This document shows positions 35,087 through 42,265 of a stretch of 42,265 nucleotides of DNA, piece by piece. Numbering within the stretch: position 1 is the stretch's first letter; the number at the start of each line of letters is the position of its first letter. Origin of the DNA: an uncultured Roseivirgaceae bacterium (GTDB lineage Bacteria; Bacteroidota; Bacteroidia; Cytophagales; Cyclobacteriaceae); the NCBI GenBank assembly GCA_964534735.1, contig CAZHQP010000001.1:12580-54844 (forward strand). The letters run 5' to 3'. Both the position numbers and the translations under genes were made by a program. Under the pieces are notes generated by a model. It ran no database searches and was not told the origin of the DNA. It saw only the letters and a program-made list of their open reading frames with translations.

Positions 35087-37129
35087 ATGGCTTTTCTCAG
35101 GTTCACCGGAAACGCGTTTTTAACATTCGCACTTCTTTTCAGCTTTTCAGCAAATGCTCAAATGGATTCTCTAAAACTGGCTGATGAATACTACAGCCAG
35201 GGAATGGACGTATTTGATTTTTCGCATCGCAAACAAGCGGCCGAGATGTTTGTTCTGTCCACCCAAATGAACCCAAAAAATCCGAAAGCTCAGCTTATGG
35301 CAGGCCGTTCAATTATGCTCACCATTCAGAAGGAGAAGTCATTGGAGTATTTCCGCAGAGCCTGGAATCTTGATCCTAAAGTTGATCCGGATATACTGTA
35401 TTATCTCGGCCAGGCGTACCACTACTCAGAAAAATTCGACAGCGCTATTCTTTTTTATGATCGATATAACCGGATACTCGCTCGTTCCCTTAACTATGAT
35501 AAGTCAGTTAAGATTAACGAAGTAAACAGAAAAATCTTTGAATGCCGCAATGCGGTGATTTATAAAGCAAATCCCGTACAGGTGACTATTGTAGATATGA
35601 ATGACCGAATTAATTCAGAATATCCGGATTATGCGCCTACGATAAGTGAAGATGAATCGCTCATGGTATTTACAACACGCAGGCCTTCCGAAAACATGAA
35701 TGCCCGCGTTGCGGTAGATCATGAGTACTACGAAGACATATTTTATTCGGAAAAAGTAAACGGTGAATGGCAACGCGCTAAGAATGCGGGAGTTCCGATT
35801 AATACGAGTTACCATAATGCAAGTGTAAATATTTCTCCGAATGGTAAAGAGATGATTGTTTACCATGATAATAACGGGGGAGACTTGTTTGTTTCAGTTC
35901 GTAAAAGTGATGGTTCGTGGGCTGCACCACAGGCGATGGAAGGAATCAACACAGAGTACCTGGAAAGTTCTGCAACAATAACTGAAAATGAGAAGACCAT
36001 TTACTTTACCAGCAATCGCCCGGGTGGATATGGCGGAACAGATATCTACACAGCACAACTTGATAAAAGCGGAAATCGCTGGATAAACGTAAAAAACCTC
36101 GGTCCATTGGTGAACACCGAGCTTGATGAAGAAGGTGTTTTTATTTCTGCTAACGGAAAGAATTTGTATTACAGCTCAAATGGATTGGCCGGTATGGGTG
36201 ATCTGGACATTTACCGTTCAAGCTTTAATACTGAAAAGCAGGAGTGGGGTGAACCGGTTAATATGGGCTATCCAATCAACTCCGTTGAAAATGATATTTA
36301 CTTTGTGCTCACTGCGGATGAGAAGTTTGCATACATGTCATCACTCCGCCAGGATAACGTGGGTGAGCAGGATATTTACAAGATTGATATGCAGAACTGG
36401 AAACCTGTTTATCTTGATCAGCCAGAATATTCAGAAGTGTTTGCGGAAAGCTCCTCGATCAGACGTGATCGGGAAATAATTCCAACAGTTACAAAAACAC
36501 GATCTGATGTGATGATTGCTTACCAGATCGTGGATGATGAAACAAGTCAACCCGTAGATGCGGATATTGATTTTAAAAGTCAGTATGGAAAAGTTGTTCA
36601 GGTTACTCAAAAAGGAACAGGTTTGTATCAATTGCTGCTCAATCATTCGTCTGATTCATCAGTTTATTACAAGATCAATATTCATCAGGCTGGTTATTTA
36701 GCATATGCTTCATCCATGTATTTCCATGGAACCGGCAGGACCCCGGAGAATATTTCAGAAACTGTCAGGCTTAGAAAAATTGCAGGCAGTGTTAATGTAG
36801 GCTATATTCTCAACGTATACTTTAGCCATGATGGCGTTCAACCTCTTTCTCTGGAAGGAATCCAGGGATTGTTGAGAATGATGAAAAGTTCACCGACCAT
36901 GCGTGTTGAAATTGGCGGACATACAGATAACTCTGGTTCAGACGAGTATAACCTGGACCTGAGCAAGCGCAGGGCCAACGCTGTGCGCACAATGCTGGTC
37001 AAAGGAGGAGCAGATGGAAATAGAATTACTGCAGTAGGGTATGGAAAATCCAAGCCGCTGGCACCCAACGATAACCGGCAGGGAAGAAGTTTGAACAGAC
37101 GTACCGAATTCATTATTCTTCAGCCTTAA
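35087..37129 (+). CDS. TPR + PD40 beta-propeller + OmpA-domain protein
   Basis: 680 aa. Signal peptide ...FSANAQ, TPR helices, PD40-type repeats (S..YPDYAPTIS.DE..MVFT etc.). C-terminal GGHTDNSGSDEYNLDLSKRRANAV...NRRTEF. Confidence 0.88.
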   Translation: MAFLRFTGNAFLTFALLFSFSANAQMDSLKLADEYYSQGMDVFDFSHRKQAAEMFVLSTQMNPKNPKAQLMAGRSIMLTIQKEKSLEYFRRAWNLDPKVDPDILYYLGQAYHYSEKFDSAILFYDRYNRILARSLNYDKSVKINEVNRKIFECRNAVIYKANPVQVTIVDMNDRINSEYPDYAPTISEDESLMVFTTRRPSENMNARVAVDHEYYEDIFYSEKVNGEWQRAKNAGVPINTSYHNASVNISPNGKEMIVYHDNNGGDLFVSVRKSDGSWAAPQAMEGINTEYLESSATITENEKTIYFTSNRPGGYGGTDIYTAQLDKSGNRWINVKNLGPLVNTELDEEGVFISANGKNLYYSSNGLAGMGDLDIYRSSFNTEKQEWGEPVNMGYPINSVENDIYFVLTADEKFAYMSSLRQDNVGEQDIYKIDMQNWKPVYLDQPEYSEVFAESSSIRRDREIIPTVTKTRSDVMIAYQIVDDETSQPVDADIDFKSQYGKVVQVTQKGTGLYQLLLNHSSDSSVYYKINIHQAGYLAYASSMYFHGTGRTPENISETVRLRKIAGSVNVGYILNVYFSHDGVQPLSLEGIQGLLRMMKSSPTMRVEIGGHTDNSGSDEYNLDLSKRRANAVRTMLVKGGADGNRITAVGYGKSKPLAPNDNRQGRSLNRRTEFIILQP

Positions 37130-37166
37130 ATAGCATCTTACCTGAAAGATATGCGCCTGTGCGAAT

Positions 37167-37174
37167 TATTTTTG
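37167..37174 (+). promoter_or_regulatory. -7 box TATTTTTG for the PBP gene
   Basis: Exact TAnnTTTG 47 nt upstream of the GTG at 37222. Confidence 0.4.
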
Positions 37175-37221
37175 CAGACGCGGTAACCGTTGCTTACCTT
37201 AAGAATCCTTAGAATTATCAC

Positions 37222-39702
37222 GTGGGCCTCCTGGAATTTGTTCAAAACTTCTTTCGAAAAATTAAGAAATGGGCCATTCAGCTTTATCGCTGGGTGTGGC
37301 CGTACTGGTTAAAAGTTAAACCGCATTACGACCGGGTTGCATTATACTTCCGGACTCACCGAAAGGCGCGTATGGCCGCCATTATTATCGGACCACCGAT
37401 CTTTTTATTATTACTACTGCTATTTGTGGTATGGATTGAAACTCCATGGAACAGCGAGTTGCGAAACATCCGGAATCAGGTAGCATCCGAAGTGTATAGT
37501 GCGGATAGCGTACTCCTTGGACGTTATTACATTCAGGACCGTACAGAAGTTGAGTATAACGATATTGCTCCTTCAGTGTTCGAAGCATTGATCGCCACAG
37601 AAGATGCCAGATTTTATCAACATGAAGGTGTTGATTATAGAAGTCTGGGACGAGTAATAATCAAGTCTATTATCCAGCAGGATGAATCTTCCGGTGGTGG
37701 AAGTACAATCACACAGCAGCTTTCAAAAAATCTTTATCCGCGTAAGAACTACTGGTTCTTCTCGATGCTGATCAACAAAATGCGCGAGTTCAGAACAGCC
37801 ATTAAGCTGGAAGACATCTATTCAAAGGAAGAAATCATTACCCTGTATCTCAATACAGTTCCTTTTGCCGACAATGTATATGGTATTGAAGCTGCAGCTG
37901 ACCGGTTTTATTCTGTGAAGGCAAAAGATCTTACACTTGATCAGGCAGCAGTTTTGATTGGAATGTTAAAGGCAACACACAGTTATAATCCCAGGCTTTT
38001 TCCGGATCGGTCGCTCACCAGGCGTAACGTGGTGCTAAACCAGATGGTTAAGTATAGGTATCTGAAAAAATCTAAGGCTGATTCACTGAAGAAAATTCCG
38101 CTTGAACTTGAGTATAACAAAATCTCACATCACCAGGGTCTCGCACCGTATTTCAGGGAATACCTTAAAGCCGAACTCTTAGGCTGGTGTAAAAACAATG
38201 AAAAGGAGGATGGTGAACCGTACAACTTATATACCGATGGCTTAAAAATTTACACTACAATTGATTCGAAGCTTCAGGAGTATGCTGAGAATGCAGTGAC
38301 AAAACAGATGACAGAAGTTCAGAAATCTTTCTTCAGCCATTGGGGAAGAGAAAAACCATGGAAAGGAAAAGAAGAAGTTCTGGAGCAAGCCATTCAGCGT
38401 TCACCGCGATATCTAAAGCTTAAAGAAAGAGGATTGTCGGAAGATGAAATCATGATTGAACTTCAGAAACCGGTACCCATGAAGCTGTTTACCTGGCAGG
38501 GGGTGGAAGAAAAAACAGTGAGCCCGATTGATTCAATTATTCATCACTTGCAATATCTGAATGCGGGACTTCTTGCCATGGAGCCTGCCAGCGGAGCCAT
38601 TAAAGCCTGGGTTGGCGGCATCGATCACGATTTCTATCAATACGATCACGTGAATGTCAATACAAAACGCCAGGTTGGTTCAATCTTTAAGCCAATCGTT
38701 TATGCCATGGCAATCGAAGAAGGCGTTGAGCCGTGCGGAATGATCTCTGCATCACAGCAAACGTATATTGATAAGGAAGGTGAGAAATGGACTCCGCGCA
38801 ATACGCAGGTTGATTACAAGGTTGAGTACTCTATGCGGGGTGGACTGGCGTATTCTGTTAATACAGTCTCTGTTAAGCTCATCCAGATGGCTGGTGTCGG
38901 TAAAACCATGGAGCTTGCGAGGGAGATGGGAATCACCAGTGAGATGCCCGATGTGCCTTCTATTGCGTTGGGAGCATCTTCCATTTCGCTAATGGAAATG
39001 ACAACCGTTTACTCCTGCTTTGCGAATGGCGGAATCACTACTACACCGTTTTACATCAACACCATTGAAGACCTGGATGGAAGAATTTACAATAACTTTA
39101 AACCGGACGGATCGGGTAAAAGAGTTTTTTCAGAAGAGACTGCTGGCGTAATGATTGCGCTGATGAAAGGTGTAGTAAATGAAGGAACTGCAGGCCGGCT
39201 TCGCTATCAGTACGGAGTTCACAATGACATTGCCGGAAAAACCGGAACTACGCAATCAAACGCAGACGGCTGGTTTATGGCTGCAACACCCGGGCTTGTT
39301 GTAGGTACGTGGGTAGGTGCAGATGATCCAAGAATCCGCTTTCGCAGAACAGACTTAGGCCAGGGCTCGGCTACTGCATTGCCTATTACTGCTGCCTTTA
39401 TGAAGCAGGTCAATGCAGATCAGAAGTACAAAGAGCTTACTGCTGCAAAATTTCCCTCACCAACGTCAGAGATTTATAAAAAGCTTGACTGTGATTTGTA
39501 TGAGCTTACCGATGATCTGACATATAGTATTGAACAATCCATTTTTAAACGCGACTCAACAATTGCTGCGGATACGGCTGTAGCTCCACCACCAGAGACA
39601 TTTTTACAGACACTTTATAAACGCAAGTTGAGGCTTGCTGCCGCAAAACAAAAACGGGATTCTGCAGCGAACATGATTGCAGCGCCTATGGAAGGAGGAT
39701 AA
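37222..39702 (+). CDS. Class A penicillin-binding protein (glycosyltransferase + transpeptidase, PBP1A type)
   Basis: GT51 motifs EDARFYQHEGVD and GGSTITQQL. Transpeptidase motifs SIFKP (SxxK), SVN (SxN), KTGTT. GTG start is uncertain (alternative ATG at 37372, MAAIIIGPP). Confidence 0.93.
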   Translation: MGLLEFVQNFFRKIKKWAIQLYRWVWPYWLKVKPHYDRVALYFRTHRKARMAAIIIGPPIFLLLLLLFVVWIETPWNSELRNIRNQVASEVYSADSVLLGRYYIQDRTEVEYNDIAPSVFEALIATEDARFYQHEGVDYRSLGRVIIKSIIQQDESSGGGSTITQQLSKNLYPRKNYWFFSMLINKMREFRTAIKLEDIYSKEEIITLYLNTVPFADNVYGIEAAADRFYSVKAKDLTLDQAAVLIGMLKATHSYNPRLFPDRSLTRRNVVLNQMVKYRYLKKSKADSLKKIPLELEYNKISHHQGLAPYFREYLKAELLGWCKNNEKEDGEPYNLYTDGLKIYTTIDSKLQEYAENAVTKQMTEVQKSFFSHWGREKPWKGKEEVLEQAIQRSPRYLKLKERGLSEDEIMIELQKPVPMKLFTWQGVEEKTVSPIDSIIHHLQYLNAGLLAMEPASGAIKAWVGGIDHDFYQYDHVNVNTKRQVGSIFKPIVYAMAIEEGVEPCGMISASQQTYIDKEGEKWTPRNTQVDYKVEYSMRGGLAYSVNTVSVKLIQMAGVGKTMELAREMGITSEMPDVPSIALGASSISLMEMTTVYSCFANGGITTTPFYINTIEDLDGRIYNNFKPDGSGKRVFSEETAGVMIALMKGVVNEGTAGRLRYQYGVHNDIAGKTGTTQSNADGWFMAATPGLVVGTWVGADDPRIRFRRTDLGQGSATALPITAAFMKQVNADQKYKELTAAKFPSPTSEIYKKLDCDLYELTDDLTYSIEQSIFKRDSTIAADTAVAPPPETFLQTLYKRKLRLAAAKQKRDSAANMIAAPMEGG

Positions 39703-39706
39703 TGGT

Positions 39707-40201
39707 ATGCACCTGATAATAAAACGGTTTCTTGCTTTTATGATCGACTGGCTGATCATTGTGCTGTACGCCTGCACCTTATTTGGTATAATGATTGTAT
39801 TAGCTTCTCAGGGCCTTGTAATGCTTGGGCCGATGTATCCTTTAAAAGGCCAGCTCGTTGCGTTTCTTACCCTAACGTTGCCGGTTGTTTTGTACTACGT
39901 GATAATGGAATGCAGCACCCGTCACGCGAGCATTGGAAAGCGTATCATGAAAATTCGGGTTTCGGGTAGCACAGGCAGTATTGTGCTTCGAAATGTTATC
40001 AAATTTCTACCGTGGGAGTTCGCACACGCGGGAATTTTGTGGGTTAATTATATCGGTCATGTTGAAACTCCGTTGTGGATATGGGCATTGCTGATTCTTC
40101 CGCAGCTTGCTGTAGCAGCTTACCTGGTATCAATTATCCTAACAAGAGGAGAGCGAAGTGTTTATGATATCATTTCAGGAGCACACGTTAGTAACGCGTA
40201 A
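39707..40201 (+). CDS. RDD family membrane protein
   Basis: Start at MHLIIKRFLAFMIDWLIIVLY. RHASIGKRIMKIRV motif. 3-4 TMs. Confidence 0.75.
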   Translation: MHLIIKRFLAFMIDWLIIVLYACTLFGIMIVLASQGLVMLGPMYPLKGQLVAFLTLTLPVVLYYVIMECSTRHASIGKRIMKIRVSGSTGSIVLRNVIKFLPWEFAHAGILWVNYIGHVETPLWIWALLILPQLAVAAYLVSIILTRGERSVYDIISGAHVSNA

Positions 40202-40203
40202 CT

Positions 40204-40746
40204 CTACCAATCACCATCCGTTGCTTTCTTGCACTCAAGTTTGTCGGTGAAAGCTTTATCGAGTAACCCAAGTTGATTCGGTCTGCACCAATCGGGGTGA
40301 AGCACTGTTCCGTTATTCTTACTGGCATAAGTTGTCAAAGGTTCTTTTGCTGTGATCTTTTTATAAACATTATCGCCCGTGAGCTGGATTGATTTTACTG
40401 TAACCCTGTACCGGTTGTCTTTAATCCCGATCGTAACTTTGCCGCTGTATTTTCCGGTTTGAATAACAGCGGGCGTTGCAACCTGGCTGAATTGAAACTT
40501 TTTATAGTCAACGGTTAGATCATTCAGATCAAACTCAACACCATCTGCTTTTGTCGTCAGGTTAGCAACATAGGGGAGGGCCTTATAGTATGCTTCGAGC
40601 CTGGCAGGAGTGATAGAGTCCTGCTCGAATACTTTTTGATAGATGATCTCCTGATCAACCAACTTAAAATTTCCGTAGGTGGCCGCATTTTGAGCCCATG
40701 TTATAGCAGGAGTTAAAGCTGCAAGGAGGAACAATACTTTTTTCAT
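40204..40746 (-). CDS. Secreted hypothetical protein (possibly DUF4468-like)
   Basis: ATG at 40746 gives signal peptide MKKVLFLLAALTPAITWAQ. The IIYQKVF...KDNRYRVTVKSIQL pattern is reminiscent of DUF4468. Weak assignment. Confidence 0.6.
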   Translation of the reverse strand: MKKVLFLLAALTPAITWAQNAATYGNFKLVDQEIIYQKVFEQDSITPARLEAYYKALPYVANLTTKADGVEFDLNDLTVDYKKFQFSQVATPAVIQTGKYSGKVTIGIKDNRYRVTVKSIQLTGDNVYKKITAKEPLTTYASKNNGTVLHPDWCRPNQLGLLDKAFTDKLECKKATDGDW

Positions 40747-40824
40747 ATGTGGAGTTTGGTTCAAAGATAAAGCAGGGGAAGTCTTAAAGCAGTATGTTAA
40801 CGCACCTTTCGAAGCATTATGATG

Positions 40825-41223
40825 TCACTTATCCAGAAAGATTGACGTTATATCGACCTCAATGCGTTTGGGTCTTTTTGTAATAGCATCCAATAAGCAC
40901 CACGTTGTAATAGCTTCTGCAAACACAGTTCCGGTGGAAGCATTGCTCAGCGTAACGTGACGGACCGATCGAACGCCTTCCAGTGCGCTTACCCAGGTTT
41001 TTGCCGTAACTGTATCGCCCAGCTTAGCCGGAGTCTTGTAATCGATCTCGTGACGTAAAACTACCCACGCACAATTCTTCTTTAGAGTTTCCGAAGCAAT
41101 GGCATCCCAGTGTGCCGCTGCAGTATCCTGAACCCACCGGAGATACACCACATTATTGACATGATTCATATCATCGATATCATCGGGCACGACCGTAATG
41201 GTATGCATGAAGACTACATCCAT
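40825..41223 (-). CDS. Hotdog-fold acyl-CoA thioesterase (4HBT/YbgC-like)
   Basis: 132 aa. VVPDDIDDMNHVNNVVYLRWVQD is the catalytic Asp region. Confidence 0.85.
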   Translation of the reverse strand: MDVVFMHTITVVPDDIDDMNHVNNVVYLRWVQDTAAAHWDAIASETLKKNCAWVVLRHEIDYKTPAKLGDTVTAKTWVSALEGVRSVRHVTLSNASTGTVFAEAITTWCLLDAITKRPKRIEVDITSIFLDK

Positions 41224-41293
41224 AAAGTGATTAAAAACAGTTCAAAGTGTGTGCTTGGATGCACTAAAATGCCATTTTTTCCGGAATAAGTGG

Positions 41294-41301
41294 TATCTTT
41301 G
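41294..41301 (+). promoter_or_regulatory. -7 box TATCTTTG for the sigma factor gene (leaderless geometry)
   Basis: Exact TAnnTTTG ending 4 nt before the ATG at 41306. Confidence 0.5.
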
Positions 41302-41305
41302 TACA

Positions 41306-41920
41306 ATGAATCAGGCTCAGGCTATAGCACTCTATCACCCGTTACTCCACACGGTGGCGTACAACATTCTGCGTTGCAGGCAGGACGCGGAAGATATGGT
41401 TCAGGATACGTTTGTGAAATGGTTAAGCATTGATCAGACAAAGATTCAAAATACAAAAGCTTACCTGATCACCTCGGTAATTAACAACTGCAAGAATCAC
41501 CTCAATACACTTCGCAGGAAGAAAGAGGAGTACTGGGATTCAAGCAAGCTGTCGCAGCTGATTGTGAAGTTCAAGGAAACTGACTTTGCACACCTCGATA
41601 TGGAAGCCGAGCTTTCGGCTGCCTTTAAAGTGTTGCAATCCAAGCTTGAGCCATTGGAACGCGCTGCTTATCTTCTTAAAGAAGTATTCGATTTTGATTA
41701 CGAAGCTATTCAAAAGGTGCTCGATAAAAAGGCTGATCACTGCCGTCAGTTGCTAAGTCGTGCGAAGAAGAAATTGAGCGATTCAACCGCTAAGATTCAT
41801 TTCGAGCTTCCGGAATCACATCTTTTGGAAAGCTTTAAAAAAGCCTGTTCTGCTAGTCCGTCAATCCTCATTCAGGACCTCAAAAACGACATTTCAGTAA
41901 AAAATACCGGGAAAGTCTAA
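41306..41920 (+). CDS. ECF sigma factor, ECF41/SigJ-like, with only a stub of the C-terminal regulatory domain
   Basis: Start at MNQAQAIALYHPLL. Region 2 DAEDMVQDTFVKW. Region 4 ERAAYLLKEVFDFDYEAIQKVLDKKADHCRQLLSRAKKKL. Then about 45 aa ending ...ILIQDLKNDISVKNTGKV-stop. Confidence 0.85.
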   Translation: MNQAQAIALYHPLLHTVAYNILRCRQDAEDMVQDTFVKWLSIDQTKIQNTKAYLITSVINNCKNHLNTLRRKKEEYWDSSKLSQLIVKFKETDFAHLDMEAELSAAFKVLQSKLEPLERAAYLLKEVFDFDYEAIQKVLDKKADHCRQLLSRAKKKLSDSTAKIHFELPESHLLESFKKACSASPSILIQDLKNDISVKNTGKV

Positions 41921-41935
41921 AATTTTTGATAATCC

Positions 41936-41962
41936 TGTCACAAATCCCCCGCAGTTTTGTCT
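41936..41962 (+). promoter_or_regulatory. Candidate ECF41-type promoter TGTCACA-N15-TGTC upstream of the desaturase
   Basis: Exact TGTCACA at 41936-41942 and TGTC at 41958-41961. The remembered ECF41 consensus is TGTCACA-N16-CGTC. Confidence 0.45.
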
Positions 41963-42018
41963 TACAGTTACTCACCCTAAAACTGGGTTGTGTAACCTAA
42001 ACAATTAATACAGTACAA

Positions 42019-42265
42019 ATGGAAGTTATTTTGATCTTTTTTGCGGCACACTGGTACTTGTCGCTGTTTTTTCAAACCTTTTTCCTGCATCGTTACGCTT
42101 CTCACAAGGCCTTTACGATGAGCAAGGGCACTGAGAAAGTGTTCTACGTTTTAACCTGGATATTTCAAGGCTCTAATTATTTAAGTCCTTATGGGTATGG
42201 TGTAATGCACCGCATGCACCATGCTTTTGCAGATACAGAAAATGATCCGCATTCTCCCATGTATG
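42019..42265 (+). CDS. Membrane fatty-acid (acyl-lipid/acyl-CoA) desaturase, 3' end cut by window edge
   Basis: Own translation: MEVILIFFAAHWYLSLFFQTFFLHRYASHKAFTMSK...GVMHRMHHAFADTENDPHSPMY. His boxes HRYASH and HRMHH. Confidence 0.8.
   Translation, partial: MEVILIFFAAHWYLSLFFQTFFLHRYASHKAFTMSKGTEKVFYVLTWIFQGSNYLSPYGYGVMHRMHHAFADTENDPHSPMY

Noticed and set aside
1-42265. CRISPR arrays, IS elements, integrases, prophage or known defence modules
   Set aside because: No repeat-spacer periodicity, no transposase, recombinase, helicase or nuclease genes, and no long terminal inverted repeats were found on either strand.

Overview
This 42.3-kb segment reads as core chromosome of a Bacteroidota organism (Sphingobacteriia/Cytophagia/Chitinophagia-like). 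Supporting signs: moderate GC by eye, no Shine-Dalgarno sequences, and 12 exact TAnnTTTG (-7 type) boxes correctly oriented 5-45 nt upstream of start codons. Many Bacteroidota-typical families are present (DUF2911, DUF3575-like, PF13568-like small barrels, DUF3667, DUF4184, PD40-OmpA). I call about 43 protein genes, two of them cut by the window edges and three below the 60-aa cut-off of the ORF track, plus one tRNA-Asp(GTC). Housekeeping content dominates: accA, tyrS, hutU, ggt, class A PBP, a can-SulP operon, an ABC-F ATPase, a Prc-like S41 protease, Mpg glycosylase and two TetR regulators. I see no CRISPR array, transposase, integrase, phage module or recognisable defence system, and I cannot honestly name a clear new multi-gene system. 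Six places deserve a second look. (1) At 41.3-42.3 kb, an ECF41/SigJ-like sigma factor ends about where that family carries its DGGGK motif. It is followed by an exact ECF41-type TGTCACA -35 element in front of a fatty-acid desaturase. (2) At 23.4-26.5 kb, a 1030-aa ABCG-type half transporter carries about 250 aa of unassigned N-terminal domains and a long C-terminal extension. (3) At 18.5-20.4 kb, an AT-rich islet holds a MazG-like gene, an ORF split by one in-frame TAA, tandem 12-nt repeats and an uncalled 48-aa basic sORF. (4) At 11.8-14.9 kb, five small outer-membrane beta-barrel genes sit in tandem. (5) After accA there is a nested inverted-repeat (REP/MITE-like) element. (6) Several small uncalled ORFs and a terminator that overlaps a promoter-like box. 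All functional names come from motif recognition by eye, not from searches.
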